DNA of 64,000 nt from an uncultured Agathobacter sp. (GCA_945910395.1 CAMDYX010000007.1:3588-67587); one strand, 5' to 3'; positions 51,618-62,886 are shown, counted from the stretch's first letter. Numbers and translations are program-made. The notes: a model not told the origin generated them from the letters alone.

Positions 51618-51788
51618 TTTCGGAAATGTGTTTCTGAGAATGAATTTTGCTATTCGAATTGCAGACCTTAAAGAAACGCCGGTACTTAATGAGTGCTTTT
51701 TTACGAATTTAGTACCGCTGCGTTTCGTCAGAGCGAGAGCGTGTCTGCAATCGAATATGCAAATTCATTCCTGAAAACACATTCGAAA
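51618..51788. repeat. Structured palindromic intergenic element, copy B
   Basis: Homologous to 32750-32906, with compensatory changes in the stems. Confidence 0.8.
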
Positions 51789-51868
51789 AAGAAAGTTTTA
51801 TTTTCTGCTGAAATCGGTTATACTATTGCAGAACAATACAATTAAGGAACTAAGGGAGGATCTTTGAA

Positions 51869-52480
51869 ATGAAAAAATTGGTAAGTACATTGCTGATAGC
51901 AGTACTGAGTGTATCTCTTGTTGCATGTGGTAACAACAATGCAGACAATGATACAAATAACAACGCAAATAACAATACAAACGGTGCCGTTGCGGAAACC
52001 CAGACACCGGAGACTCAGGTGCCGGAAACTCAGGTTCCGGAAACAACGGAAAATAATGCTGCAGCAAATGGAGAGACACTTGGTACAACTCTTGCAGCAG
52101 ATTTTGTGACACAGGTAACTGCAAATGAAAATGCAACTGCCTTGGAAATCGCAGAGGCGGTTCTGACAAATGAAAACATTGCTTTTGCCGGTGCAACGAT
52201 GGAAGTGGAGCCGGGGCTTTTAAATGGATTTGGAAATGCAGAGATTACCGGTTTTTCTGAGGGAGCCATGTTTGGACCAATGATTGGCACCATCCCGTTT
52301 ATTGGTTACATTTTTACCTTAGAGGATGGAACAGATGTAGAAGCCTTTAAGGAAAACTTAAAGACAAACGGTGACTTAAGATGGAATATCTGTACAGAAG
52401 CCGATGAGATGGTTGTTGAGAGCGCCGGAAATAAAGTGTTCTTTGTAATGTGTCCATCAAGCATGCAAGAGGATATGTAA
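51869..52480 (+). CDS. Lipoprotein with Asn-rich and PETQV-repeat linker
   Basis: Lipobox LVAC; 15-nt tandem repeats near 51995-52045. Confidence 0.8.
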   Translation: MKKLVSTLLIAVLSVSLVACGNNNADNDTNNNANNNTNGAVAETQTPETQVPETQVPETTENNAAANGETLGTTLAADFVTQVTANENATALEIAEAVLTNENIAFAGATMEVEPGLLNGFGNAEITGFSEGAMFGPMIGTIPFIGYIFTLEDGTDVEAFKENLKTNGDLRWNICTEADEMVVESAGNKVFFVMCPSSMQEDM

Positions 52481-52483
52481 TTT

Positions 52484-53827
52484 ATGCTATTTTCAAGCAT
52501 ACCATTTTTATTTTATTTTTTGCCGGTTACACTTCTTGTGTATTATCTGGCACCGGAAAAATGTAAAAATTTTATACTGCTTATCGCAAGCCTCATCTTT
52601 TATGGATGGGGAGAGCCTCGTTTTGTCTTCGCGCTGCTTGGCGCAACAATTCTTGGCTTTCTGTTTGGACTTTTGATTGGAAAATTTGAAGGAACAAAGT
52701 GGTCACTGGTTTTTCTGCTTTTATCGGTATCATCCAGTGTCGGATTGCTGTTGTATTTTAAGCTGGGAACCTTTTTCCCCATCGGGGTAAGCTTTTATAC
52801 CTTCCAGCTTTTAAGCTATACCATCGATGTGTATCGAAAAGAAGTAAAACCACAAAAAAATTTTGTGATTTTGGCTACCTATGTTTCCATGTTTCCCCAG
52901 CTCATAGCAGGACCTATTGTGCGATATCAGGACATTGAAATGCAGCTTTTTTCACGAAAGCTGCATTTTTCCAATATCTCGGAGGGAATCCGGCGATTTG
53001 TCCTGGGACTTGGCAAAAAGGTATTGATTGCAAATGCGTTAGGGGAGCTGTGTGAGATCTTCCGGGCATCAAATGAGAAATCCGTTGCCTTTTTCTGGCT
53101 CTATGCGGTTTCCTTTATGCTTCATATTTATTTTGATTTTTCCGGATACAGCGACATGGCCATCGGACTTGGAAAAATGCTGGGATTTGACTTTCTGGAG
53201 AATTTCAATTATCCCTATATTTCAAGGAGCATTGCCGAATTCTGGAGAAGATGGCATATCTCTTTAGGAAGCTGGTTTCGGGATTATGTGTATATCCCTC
53301 TTGGAGGAAACCGGGTTTCCAAAGCCAGATGGATTTTTAATATTGCAGTGGTGTGGTTTTTGACCGGCTTCTGGCATGGCGCCGCCTGGAATTTCATAGT
53401 ATGGGGCATGATGTTTGCAGTGCTTCTGTTACTGGAAAAACTGGTATATGGTGAGTGGCTGAAAAAATCAAAGGTGTTCAGTCACGCTTATGTACTTCTT
53501 ATGGTTCTGCTTAGCTTTGTGATTTTTAATGCAACAGATTTGAGGGAGGCGGCAGACTATATTGCGGCAATGTTTGGCTTTGGTGCATATCCGCTTATCA
53601 GTGACGAATTTGTATTTTATCTTAAAAATTTTGGTATGCTATTGTTGGTGGGAACCATTGGAGCAACACCTCTTCCTGCGCGCCTTATGGGATGGATGAA
53701 GGGGAGGGCTTCCCTTGAAAAAGGAGTAAATCTTTTGGAGATATCCGGCCTTCTTGTTCTTTTTGTTCTGGTGACGGCATATCTGGTGGATGGCTCCTTT
53801 AACCCATTTTTGTATTTTCGATTCTAG
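52484..53827 (+). CDS. MBOAT O-acyltransferase (AlgI/PatA-like)
   Basis: FPQLIAGPI, DFSGYSDMAIG, FWRRWHISL, TGFWHGA, NPFLYFRF. Confidence 0.92.
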   Translation: MLFSSIPFLFYFLPVTLLVYYLAPEKCKNFILLIASLIFYGWGEPRFVFALLGATILGFLFGLLIGKFEGTKWSLVFLLLSVSSSVGLLLYFKLGTFFPIGVSFYTFQLLSYTIDVYRKEVKPQKNFVILATYVSMFPQLIAGPIVRYQDIEMQLFSRKLHFSNISEGIRRFVLGLGKKVLIANALGELCEIFRASNEKSVAFFWLYAVSFMLHIYFDFSGYSDMAIGLGKMLGFDFLENFNYPYISRSIAEFWRRWHISLGSWFRDYVYIPLGGNRVSKARWIFNIAVVWFLTGFWHGAAWNFIVWGMMFAVLLLLEKLVYGEWLKKSKVFSHAYVLLMVLLSFVIFNATDLREAADYIAAMFGFGAYPLISDEFVFYLKNFGMLLLVGTIGATPLPARLMGWMKGRASLEKGVNLLEISGLLVLFVLVTAYLVDGSFNPFLYFRF

Positions 53828-53835
53828 GAGAGCAT

Positions 53836-54942
53836 ATGTCGGAAAAAATGAAGAATAGAATTCTCCCCCTTGTTATGGCATTGTTCATCGGGGGAATGTG
53901 TCTGGTATCTGTTTTTACGCCGGACAAGGAGTATAGCAATGCGGAAAGAAGAAGGCTTGCAGAGATGCCGGAGCTTTCGGTGGAAACTCTTATGAATGGA
54001 AGCTTTATGAAAGATTTTGAAAGCTATACCATGGATCAGTTTCCTCTGCGGGAAACCTTCCGGAGCATAAAGGCATCTGCCGAGCTTTCCTTGTTTGGGA
54101 AGAAAACGGTAAACGGATATTATGCTGTGGAGGAATCCATCTCAAAGCTGGAATATCCCATGAACACCCAGATGCTTAACAATGCGGTAAATAAATTTGA
54201 TTATCTGTATGAGACTTATCTTTTGCCGGAGAATATCAAACCCTATCTTGTGATGGTGCCGGATAAAAACTATTATCTGGCAGAGAACAACGGATATCTG
54301 TCCATGGATTATGGGGAGCTTTTTTCCTATGTAACAGAGGCTGCCCCATATATGAAGAATATTAAGATAGAGGATCTGCTGTCAGCGGAGGATTACTATC
54401 TTACGGATACCCATTGGAGGCAGGAAAAAATTATAGATGTGGCAGAGCGGATTGCGGAACAGATGGGAACAAAGCTTTGCGATTCTTATGTAGAAAATAA
54501 ACTAAAGGAGCCCTTTTACGGAGTGTATTTTTATCAGTCAGCCTTAGGAAGCTCGCCGGATGAACTGATCTATCTTACCAGCGATGTGTTAGACAAGTGT
54601 ATTGTGACCTATTATGACTATGGGACCCCGAAAGAAGGAGATTTGTACAATTTAAAGAAGGCTGCAGGAAATGATGCCTATGAGATCTTTTTGTCAGGGT
54701 CTGCCCCTATTGTGTCTATTGAGAATCCGGAGGCATTAACCTCCAAAGAGCTTATTATTTTCCGGGATTCCTTTGGAAGCAGCCTGGCTCCGCTTTTGGT
54801 AAGCGGCTACGAAAAAATTACCCTGGTGGATATCCGATATGTGCAGAGCAGCTCTGTTGGGGAGTTTGTAGACTTTGCAGATTGTGATGTATTGTTCTTA
54901 TACAGTACAATGCTTTTAAATAATAGTGGTGCTTTACGATAG
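53836..54942 (+). CDS. DHHW-family (AlgJ/PatB-like) extracellular O-acetyltransferase
   Basis: TDTHW and RDSF motifs; N-terminal TM; follows the MBOAT gene. Confidence 0.8.
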   Translation: MSEKMKNRILPLVMALFIGGMCLVSVFTPDKEYSNAERRRLAEMPELSVETLMNGSFMKDFESYTMDQFPLRETFRSIKASAELSLFGKKTVNGYYAVEESISKLEYPMNTQMLNNAVNKFDYLYETYLLPENIKPYLVMVPDKNYYLAENNGYLSMDYGELFSYVTEAAPYMKNIKIEDLLSAEDYYLTDTHWRQEKIIDVAERIAEQMGTKLCDSYVENKLKEPFYGVYFYQSALGSSPDELIYLTSDVLDKCIVTYYDYGTPKEGDLYNLKKAAGNDAYEIFLSGSAPIVSIENPEALTSKELIIFRDSFGSSLAPLLVSGYEKITLVDIRYVQSSSVGEFVDFADCDVLFLYSTMLLNNSGALR

Positions 54943-55347
54943 CGGAAGCTTTTTTTGGGCGGGATCCTTGCAGAGCAGATATTCAAACAATAGACCGGCT
55001 GCCATCCAAAGTGGAAAATAGTCGAAGCGTATGACACCATGAAAGGAGTATTTCGCATCCTTGTAGCACCAGGGGCAGACACCCAGGGCGGTAAGAATTG
55101 TGCCGGTAACGAATTCGGTTGCCATGATGAGGGCACCGTATAGTATACTTCGAAGGAACATGGGCCATTCTTTGATGTGCGAGTAAATGGGAACAAAAAA
55201 GACGGCCATTCCGTAAATCGGAAACATCCACAGGGATGTGCGACCGCTTAAATCAAAGTTTCCGTCTATGAGTGATTTTAAGGATGTAAAGGTAATCTCG
55301 ATACACCATCCGGTTAAGCCTGCTTTTAAAAAGTTCTTGAAAGTCAT
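54934..55347 (-). CDS. Small membrane protein (putative ABC permease-like family)
   Basis: GWCIE, FPIYG, EFVTG, CPWCY; hydrophobic; GAGG RBS. Confidence 0.7.
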   Translation of the reverse strand: MTFKNFLKAGLTGWCIEITFTSLKSLIDGNFDLSGRTSLWMFPIYGMAVFFVPIYSHIKEWPMFLRSILYGALIMATEFVTGTILTALGVCPWCYKDAKYSFHGVIRFDYFPLWMAAGLLFEYLLCKDPAQKKLPLS

Positions 55348-55429
55348 CGTATGTTTCCTCCCCACATAAGGATAAGGTTTCCAGATAAGGGAAAAAATAT
55401 ACGGAAATTTTTCTTGCCGAGGCAGTATA

Positions 55430-55455
55430 AATTTGTCGACATATTTTGACAAATT
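55430..55455. promoter_or_regulatory. Inverted 0A-box-like pair upstream of spo0A
   Basis: aatttgtcgac-atat-tttgacaaatt contains TGTCGAC and an inverted TGTCAAA (consensus TGNCGAA). Confidence 0.45.
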
Positions 55456-55510
55456 CCGTTCCGTTTGTTTATATATAGTTATAAGGTAGTAAGACAAGTG
55501 GGAGGCAGAC

Positions 55511-56302
55511 ATGGAGAAAATTAGATGTGCGATTGCAGATGATAATGAGCGTATGGCAAAGCTACTTTGTGCCATTGTTTCAAGTGACGATGAGATGGAG
55601 GTTATCGGAACAGCAAAGGATGGTGAAGAAGCATTTGCACTTATTCGGGACAAGCAGCCGGATGTTATGCTTCTTGATGTTGTTATGCCAAAATTAGACG
55701 GAATAGGAGTGCTTGAAAAGGTCTCAAATGATAACAGTTTAAAGAAGAGACCGGCATTTATCATGATTAGCGCCATTGGACAGGAGCAGATTACGGAGGA
55801 TGCTTTCAATCATGGTGCGGATTACTATATAATGAAGCCCTTTGACAATGAAATGGTAATCAGTCGAATCAAGAAGATTCGCGATAAGCAGAATGGTGTG
55901 GGTAATAAGAAGGTCAGCGCCTATGAAAAGCTTGAGCCGGCCTCAGAAGAAACCTTAGAAAATGTGGTGACGGATATTATTCATGAGGTTGGGGTACCGG
56001 CACACATTAAGGGATACCAATATTTAAGAGAAGCAATTATCATGTCTGTAAATGATATGGAAATGCTTAATTCCATCACAAAGATTTTGTATCCGAGTAT
56101 TGCAAAGAAATTCGATACTACGCCCAGCAGAGTGGAACGTGCAATCAGGCATGCTATTGAAGTGGCCTGGAGCAGAGGAAAGATGGATACCATTGATGAA
56201 ATGTTTGGATATACCATCTCGAATGGTAAGGGAAAACCTACAAATTCCGAATTCGTCGCGCTGATAACAGACCGGATTCGACTTCAAATGAAAATGAAAT
56301 AA
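55511..56302 (+). CDS. spo0A: Sporulation master regulator Spo0A
   Basis: Receiver domain plus [31 protein letters not shown] and KPTNSEF. Confidence 0.97.
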   Translation: MEKIRCAIADDNERMAKLLCAIVSSDDEMEVIGTAKDGEEAFALIRDKQPDVMLLDVVMPKLDGIGVLEKVSNDNSLKKRPAFIMISAIGQEQITEDAFNHGADYYIMKPFDNEMVISRIKKIRDKQNGVGNKKVSAYEKLEPASEETLENVVTDIIHEVGVPAHIKGYQYLREAIIMSVNDMEMLNSITKILYPSIAKKFDTTPSRVERAIRHAIEVAWSRGKMDTIDEMFGYTISNGKGKPTNSEFVALITDRIRLQMKMK

Positions 56303-56416
56303 AGGAAAAATCCTCTCTTGTCGAAGACAAATTGATAAGAAAGGATTTTTCTTTATTTTTCCTCTGAAAGAGATTATAATGGAAGAAGGATTAGGGGTAA
56401 TCTTTAGGAGGTTTTT

Positions 56417-57868
56417 ATGAAAAAAATATTATTTGTTTCTTCGGAAGCGGTCCCATATATAAAGACGGGAGGACTTGCGGATGTAGTGGGTTCTCTGCCA
56501 AGGTACTTTGACAAGGAAAACTATGATGTTCGGGTGATTCTTCCAAAGTACGCATGTATGGACAGCTCCTTTTTGCCGGAGCTAAAGTTTCTTTGTCATT
56601 TTTATGTGGACCTGAACTGGCGCAAACAATATGCCGGAATCTTATCTGCAGAGTATAAAGGAATAACCTACTATTTTGTAGATAATGAATTTTATTTTGG
56701 CGGGCCAAGCCCATATCATAATATTTATGAGGATGTGGAGAAGTTTGCATTCTTCTCAAAGGCAGTTCTTTTGGCACTGCCATATATTGATTTTGCAGCG
56801 GATGTAATTCACTGTAACGATTGGCAGACCGGACTGCTCCCGGTGTTTCTTCGAACCACCTTCGGCAGTGACCCGTATTATGCAAAAATAAAGACCGTTT
56901 TTTCCATTCACAACATGAAGTTCCAGGGAAGATGGAGGATTAAGGAAATCATGGATATCACCGGACTTCCGGCCTCCTTGTTCAATTCCAAAGAATTGGA
57001 GTCTTATGGGGAGTCCAATTATCTGAAGGGTGGAATTGTATATTCCAACGCGGTGTCAACCGTAAGTCCTTCCTATGCCTTTGATATTACCACACCGGAA
57101 GGCGGAGAGGGCTTGAATGGACTGATGTATGCAAGGCGAAATGATCTCTACGGCATATTAAACGGCCTTGACTTTGAAGAATATAATCCGCAGAATGACC
57201 CATATATCAAAGCTCATTTTAGCGCTGCGGATCCCTTTGAAGGAAAGGCAAGGAATAAACGGTTATTGCAGGAGGGGGCAGGTCTTCCGGTAAAAGAAGA
57301 GGCCTTCTTGATTGGTATGGTCTCCCGTATGACAGATCAAAAGGGCTTTGATCTTGTGGCCTATATGATGGACGAGATGCTTTCGACGATGAATGTACAG
57401 TTTGCAATTCTTGGAACCGGTGAAGAGAGATATGAAAACATGTTTCGCCATTTCCAAAATAAATACCCGGATAAGCTGTCTGCCCATATCGGCTATTCGG
57501 AGGAACGGGCACACCAGATATATGCATCCTGTGACGCATTTCTGATGCCATCTCTTTTTGAGCCCTGCGGCCTTTCCCAAATGATGTCCATGCGATACGG
57601 AACTATTCCGATTGTAAGGGAGACAGGAGGCCTTAAGGATACTGTAGAAGCCTACAACGAATATGAGCATACCGGAACCGGCTTCTCCTTTGCCAATTAT
57701 AATGCTCATGATATGCTTCATGTCATAAAGTATGCAAAGGATGTATTCGATAACGACAAAGCAGGCTGGCAGGATATGATGAAGCGTGCCATGAATCAGG
57801 ATTACTCCTGGAGAGCATCCGCACGGGAATATGAGAAACTTTATGATAAATTGTTGAATATTGAATAA
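56417..57868 (+). CDS. glgA: Glycogen synthase
   Basis: KTGGLADV, HCNDWQ, PSLFEPCGL. Confidence 0.96.
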   Translation: MKKILFVSSEAVPYIKTGGLADVVGSLPRYFDKENYDVRVILPKYACMDSSFLPELKFLCHFYVDLNWRKQYAGILSAEYKGITYYFVDNEFYFGGPSPYHNIYEDVEKFAFFSKAVLLALPYIDFAADVIHCNDWQTGLLPVFLRTTFGSDPYYAKIKTVFSIHNMKFQGRWRIKEIMDITGLPASLFNSKELESYGESNYLKGGIVYSNAVSTVSPSYAFDITTPEGGEGLNGLMYARRNDLYGILNGLDFEEYNPQNDPYIKAHFSAADPFEGKARNKRLLQEGAGLPVKEEAFLIGMVSRMTDQKGFDLVAYMMDEMLSTMNVQFAILGTGEERYENMFRHFQNKYPDKLSAHIGYSEERAHQIYASCDAFLMPSLFEPCGLSQMMSMRYGTIPIVRETGGLKDTVEAYNEYEHTGTGFSFANYNAHDMLHVIKYAKDVFDNDKAGWQDMMKRAMNQDYSWRASAREYEKLYDKLLNIE

Positions 57869-57869
57869 C

Positions 57870-57907
57870 AAAAAGGGACTGTGTTTTCACACAGTCCTTT
57901 TCTTTTT
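57870..57907. terminator. Bidirectional terminator
   Basis: aaaagggactgtg-tttt-cacacagtcctttt between convergent genes. Confidence 0.8.
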
Positions 57908-57908
57908 G

Positions 57909-58793
57909 TCAATAAATCATCAATGTGCCCTCATCCTTTTTATATATATACGCATTGTCGGACAGGATTTCTTCGCCTGACAGCTCAGTTTCATTGACCT
58001 GCGCAATCATACTTCGAAAGACCTCCGGTTCACAGGGCTGGTCAATGGGCAGAATTAAAACCTCATGGATACTGCTGGGGATGATAATCAGGTCTGAGTG
58101 GAAATGATTGGACAGCTCAGGCAAAAGAGAATCATATAACAGAACGGTTGCACCATTTGTCCGGTATTTATTGGTCAAAATGTACATTGGACAATTCAGA
58201 TCCGCAAGAGAAAGGCCGCTAGGCCCCATCAGGGAAAGAATGACCCCTGCCATATCTTCTATATGGACGGGCAAAAGCAGAGGCGTATTATCTTTTGCAT
58301 GGGAAAAGAGGGTATCGGTGTCAATGTTCCAAAAGGAAAGATGATGATTGTGGATCAGAATGCCTGCCTGCTCCTTGGACGATACGCTAAGTAAGCAGTA
58401 AAAGATAATTGCAAAATCCAGATATCTGATATGTGGGACTTCCTTGAGCAACTCACAGTTTCTCTCATAGTTTACAAGACGGTATACAATTCGTTTCTTT
58501 GCCTTCTTGTAATCGGTATAAAGGGTGGCATCGAAGTCCTGTTTTGGCTGATACATTTCATAGCAATCCAGTATATCATCACATATTTTTTCAAGGGATT
58601 CCCCTTTTGAAAAGCGCTCATAGTATGGTACAAGGTAAATCAGCGGTGATATATTGATATCTGATTTCATAATGATGATTCCGTCATATGTGACACCATT
58701 ATTTTTTGTGATTTGGTGAAACTTGAAATGCTGTTTACCAAGTTTGGCTGAAAATTCTTTTTCTATTAATGTAATAAATTCCTGATAATTCAT
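57909..58793 (-). CDS. Conserved Clostridia protein (DUF5688-like)
   Basis: KNNG, LVNYERN, MYILTN...NGA, IPSSIHEV. Confidence 0.75.
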   Translation of the reverse strand: MNYQEFITLIEKEFSAKLGKQHFKFHQITKNNGVTYDGIIIMKSDINISPLIYLVPYYERFSKGESLEKICDDILDCYEMYQPKQDFDATLYTDYKKAKKRIVYRLVNYERNCELLKEVPHIRYLDFAIIFYCLLSVSSKEQAGILIHNHHLSFWNIDTDTLFSHAKDNTPLLLPVHIEDMAGVILSLMGPSGLSLADLNCPMYILTNKYRTNGATVLLYDSLLPELSNHFHSDLIIIPSSIHEVLILPIDQPCEPEVFRSMIAQVNETELSGEEILSDNAYIYKKDEGTLMIY

Positions 58794-58862
58794 AATTCTC
58801 CTTCTTATCGGAACATATTACAATCACGGGAAAATGTGCACGAGGTGTGCGGGATAAAAGAA

Positions 58863-58887
58863 AACCACGATAAAACTTATCGTGGTT
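58863..58887 (-). terminator. Terminator of the pot operon
   Basis: aaccacgataa-aac-ttatcgtggtt with an adjacent A tract. Confidence 0.7.
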
Positions 58888-58921
58888 ATACTTTATCATT
58901 TTTTTATGAGAAGTACAAGTA

Positions 58922-60817
58922 CTAATTTGCCTTTAATCTTGCCCATAGATCATTGTAAAGCTCCGTCATTTCATCGTCTAAGAGACGGTATACTTCACAG
59001 TTTGCCACATCTGCTTCCGTTGGATGAACCGCTCTGTAGAGAGATTCATTTTCCTTTAATTCTTCATCCATGTTCTCATCCACAGATATTACAGGGGAGG
59101 CGTAGTACACATACTCAAAGTTTGCCATTGCAACATCATCACGGCAGGTATAGTTCAAAAATTCGTAAACTGCATCAATATCCTGACAGGTCTGTGGAAT
59201 GAACCAGGAGTCAATCCAGAAATTAGAACCCTCTATTGGAACCGAGTAGGCCAGATTTTCATTTAAATCCATGGCGGAAGCGGCTTCTCCGGAATAGCAC
59301 AGGGCCAGTGCATAGTTTTCAGCAGCCATTTCATCACAGGTTTCCGATTCAAAAAATGCAGATACATCCGGACTTTGCTTTAACAGAATGTTCAATGCTT
59401 CATCCAATTTTTCGGGATCTGTTTCATTGATGGAGTAACCGAGGGTGCGAAGGGCAGGAGTGAAGCAGTCACGGACGGAGGCAATCATGATCATGTCATT
59501 TGCGTACTTTCCGTTCCAAAGCACATCCCAGCTTTCCACGTCAGCAGCATCCACCAGATTGGTATTGTAAAGGATACCAAGGGTTCCGTAAAAATAAGGT
59601 ACCGTGTAACAATGATCCGGATCAAAGGAAGCGGATATATCAATGATATCCGGGTCAATTCCCGCATAATTTGGAATGGAAGCATAATCCATGGGAAGAA
59701 GCTCATCCTCTGAAACTAATTTCTCAATGATGTAGTCGGAGGTGCAGATGACATCATAATCAATGGCTCCGGTCTTGTATTTGGTATACATTTCTTCGGG
59801 GTCTTCATATTCCTCATAATTAACAAGAATTCCGGTTTCCTCCGTAAACTGGGCAAGCTTATCTTCGTCATAGTATTTTCCGTAGTTTAATACGGTTATG
59901 GAACGAACCCCACCCTTGGTATGCTGACTGGACAGAAATACACCTGTGGTACCGAGCAGCAAAATTGCAACGATGCTGATGCTTGCAACACGCCTGCACA
60001 GATAGGTGGTATGTGCCTTCTTTGCTGCCTTCTCATCCTTGACAGGAACCGCAATGGTCTTCTCCGGGTGGAGATTGGCTGCGATAAGAAGCAGTAATAC
60101 AGTAAAGAAAAGGATAGTAGAAAGTGCGTACAGTTCAGGTTTTACTCCTTTTTTCAATTCCGCGTAGAGCATGGTGGAAAGTGTGTTTACTCCGGCACCA
60201 CGGGTAAAGTAGGTGATGCTGAAATCATCCAGTGACATGGTAACTGCCATGAGAAAGCCGGAAAAAACTCCGGAGCTGATTTCCGGCCAGGTTACTTTAA
60301 AAAAGGCATAAAGCGGGGAAGCACCCAGGTCCAAAGCCGCTTCGTAGGTATACGGATTCGTCTGCTTCAGCTTCGGCAGCACATTCAAAATCACGTAGGG
60401 AATATTAAAGGTAATATGGGCAATCAAAACTGTCACAAAACCAAGATCCATGAACTTTACAAACAAAAGCATCATGGAAATTCCTGTGACGATGTCCGCA
60501 TTTAAAAGTGGAATATTGGTAGCACCGAGATAGAAGGTCTGACTTTTTCTCTTCATGGCGCTGATTCCGATGGCAGCGAGGGTTCCGATAATGGTGGAGA
60601 TTACCGCTGCAAGAAGGGTAATCTGAAGAGTTGTTGCAAAGGCAGACATGATGCTCTGACTTTCAAAGCATTTCCGATACCACTCTAAGGTAAAACCTCC
60701 CCAATTCACTCGGGATCTGGAATTGTTGAAGGAAAGTACGATAAGAACGATAATCGGTAAGTATAAAAAAAGAAAAATAAGTCCTAAGTATAAACGGGAG
60801 GCATGTTTTTTTACCAT
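58922..60817 (-). CDS. potCD: Spermidine/putrescine ABC permease PotC fused to binding protein PotD
   Basis: EAALDLGA permease motif followed by YDVICTSDY, PYFYGTLGI and EGSNFWIDSW. Confidence 0.88.
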   Translation of the reverse strand: MVKKHASRLYLGLIFLFLYLPIIVLIVLSFNNSRSRVNWGGFTLEWYRKCFESQSIMSAFATTLQITLLAAVISTIIGTLAAIGISAMKRKSQTFYLGATNIPLLNADIVTGISMMLLFVKFMDLGFVTVLIAHITFNIPYVILNVLPKLKQTNPYTYEAALDLGASPLYAFFKVTWPEISSGVFSGFLMAVTMSLDDFSITYFTRGAGVNTLSTMLYAELKKGVKPELYALSTILFFTVLLLLIAANLHPEKTIAVPVKDEKAAKKAHTTYLCRRVASISIVAILLLGTTGVFLSSQHTKGGVRSITVLNYGKYYDEDKLAQFTEETGILVNYEEYEDPEEMYTKYKTGAIDYDVICTSDYIIEKLVSEDELLPMDYASIPNYAGIDPDIIDISASFDPDHCYTVPYFYGTLGILYNTNLVDAADVESWDVLWNGKYANDMIMIASVRDCFTPALRTLGYSINETDPEKLDEALNILLKQSPDVSAFFESETCDEMAAENYALALCYSGEAASAMDLNENLAYSVPIEGSNFWIDSWFIPQTCQDIDAVYEFLNYTCRDDVAMANFEYVYYASPVISVDENMDEELKENESLYRAVHPTEADVANCEVYRLLDDEMTELYNDLWARLKAN

Positions 60818-61638
60818 AAAGCGGTACCTCCTTCCTCATCCTTTCCAAAGAGACCGGTAAGTGCCATACTGATCAGAACAAATATCATAAGAACAATGGA
60901 AAGTCCGGAACCTGCATGCCACTGGGAGCCATGTATGAAGTCCTGTTCAATGACATTTCCAATCAAAAGAACCTTTCCGCCTCCTAAAATCTGGGAGATC
61001 GCAAAGGAGGTCAGGGATGGAACAAACACCATTACGATACCGCTGATCACACCGGATAAAGTCAGGGGAAGAATGATTTTAATAAAAATGGTTATATTGT
61101 TTGCGCCAAGATCCTTAGCGGCTTCAATCCAGTCCTTTCTGATCCTACCCATGGAATTGTAGATTGGAAGAATCATGAAGGGTAAAAAATCATATACCAT
61201 ACCCAAAACCACGGCCATGGTAGTGTTCATAATGGAAAGATTCGGAAGTCCTAAGGTTGACAAAAACACATTGAGGACTCCATTTTTTGCAAGAAGCTGT
61301 TTCCAGGCCATAAGGCGCAGCATGAAATTCATCCACATGGGAAGCATAAAAATAAAAACCACAAAGCTCTGATTCTTGATCTGCATCCCGTTTAAAATCA
61401 TGGCAAGGGGATAAGCAAGAACCAGGCAGATAACAGTGCACAGAACACCAAGCTCTAAGGACAGCAAAAGCGCACTAAAATTGGCATGGGAAGTAATGGC
61501 AGTAATGTTTTCCAGTGTAAAGCTTCCGTCACTTTCCGTGAAGGCATAGTAGACAATCATCAGAAGAGGCAGAAGAATAAAGCCGATGATCCAGATAAGA
61601 TATGGACCTGCCAGCAGTTGTTTTTTTGATTTATTCAT
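60811..61638 (-). CDS. potB: Spermidine/putrescine ABC permease
   Basis: [17 protein letters not shown]. Confidence 0.88.
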   Translation of the reverse strand: MNKSKKQLLAGPYLIWIIGFILLPLLMIVYYAFTESDGSFTLENITAITSHANFSALLLSLELGVLCTVICLVLAYPLAMILNGMQIKNQSFVVFIFMLPMWMNFMLRLMAWKQLLAKNGVLNVFLSTLGLPNLSIMNTTMAVVLGMVYDFLPFMILPIYNSMGRIRKDWIEAAKDLGANNITIFIKIILPLTLSGVISGIVMVFVPSLTSFAISQILGGGKVLLIGNVIEQDFIHGSQWHAGSGLSIVLMIFVLISMALTGLFGKDEEGGTALW

Positions 61639-62704
61639 CAATTTCCACGACCTCCTCATCCGATGATTCCGGTTTGTGCATGATCTGAATGTTAAAGGGA
61701 GTAACATTGATTCCTACATGGGTATTTACCGGAACATATTTGGTAGTGTGGACAAGCCATTCGTATCCGTTGGCCATAACGTCATATTCATAGTGAACTC
61801 CCTTGAAGATAATGGAGGTAATATCACCCTCCATCTGGCCCTCGCCGGGTTCCACCAGCTTTACATCCTCTGGCCGGATAACCACATCTACCGGACAGTT
61901 CTGTCCAAAGCCTTCATCGACACAGGGCATTTTTACTCCGAGAATTTCTACCAGACGATCTTCAATCATGATGCCGTCCAGGATATTACTGTGACCGATA
62001 AAGTCAGCAACAAAGGCGTTTTTCGGTTCATTGTAGATATCCTCCGGGGTACCGATCTGCTGGATATAGCCCTGATTCATAACCACAATGGTATCGGACA
62101 TGGTAAGCGCCTCCTCCTGATCGTGGGTTACATATACGAAGGTAATCCCCAGCTCTTCCTTTAGGCGCATCAGCTCGTACTGCATGTTCTGACGTAGCTT
62201 TAAATCCAGTGCTCCAAGAGGTTCATCGAGAAGAAGAACCTTTGGCTCGTTTACAATCGCCCGGGCAATGGCGATACGCTGCTGCTGACCGCCGCTTAAG
62301 GAATCCACAGAACGGTTTTCAAAACCCTCCAGATTCACAAGCTTCAGGGCGTATTTGATTTTGTCATCAATGTAAGCCTTACTTTTTTTGCTGATCTTCA
62401 GACCAAAGGCTATGTTTTCCGCAATCGTCATGTGAGGGAAAAGAGAATACTTCTGGAAAACCGTATTCAGCTTTCTTTCATTGGCAGGAAGATTGGTGAT
62501 ATCCTTGGAATCAAAGAGGATTTTGCCGGAATCCGGTTTCTCAAAGCCGCCAAGCAGACGAAGCGTGGTTGTCTTTCCGCAACCGGAGGGCCCTAATAGG
62601 GTGACGAACTCGTTTTCACGGACATAGAGATTAAATTCATCCAGTACCAGACTGCCATTGTAGCTTTTGGAAATATCAATAAACTCGATCAGATTTTTTT
62701 TCAT
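61631..62704 (-). CDS. potA: Spermidine/putrescine ABC ATPase
   Basis: [27 protein letters not shown] tail. Confidence 0.92.
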   Translation of the reverse strand: MKKNLIEFIDISKSYNGSLVLDEFNLYVRENEFVTLLGPSGCGKTTTLRLLGGFEKPDSGKILFDSKDITNLPANERKLNTVFQKYSLFPHMTIAENIAFGLKISKKSKAYIDDKIKYALKLVNLEGFENRSVDSLSGGQQQRIAIARAIVNEPKVLLLDEPLGALDLKLRQNMQYELMRLKEELGITFVYVTHDQEEALTMSDTIVVMNQGYIQQIGTPEDIYNEPKNAFVADFIGHSNILDGIMIEDRLVEILGVKMPCVDEGFGQNCPVDVVIRPEDVKLVEPGEGQMEGDITSIIFKGVHYEYDVMANGYEWLVHTTKYVPVNTHVGINVTPFNIQIMHKPESSDEEVVEIDE

Positions 62705-62836
62705 TTTTTTATAGGAACCTTTCTCGTTTGTTTTTCGCTTTAAACCATTAAAATGTGCTTTTTTCATTGTCTGAAAAAAAGTGCAAAATGTCAATATATT
62801 TTAAATAAGAAATAAAAAATTATGAAGACGAAACAC

Positions 62837-62865
62837 TTGATTTTAACATACGGATTTGATATGAT
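62837..62865 (+). promoter_or_regulatory. sigmaA promoter of tRNA-Thr
   Basis: TTGATT-N17-TATGAT with extended TG. Confidence 0.6.
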
Positions 62866-62886
62866 TGTTTTTGCTTGAAAAAGCAT

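Noticed and set aside
54934-55809. 291-aa ORF overlapping spo0A
   Set aside because: The N-terminal half is antisense to spo0A; the probable start is 55347.
58922-60817. PotC-PotD fusion as a novelty
   Set aside because: This fusion is common in Clostridia.
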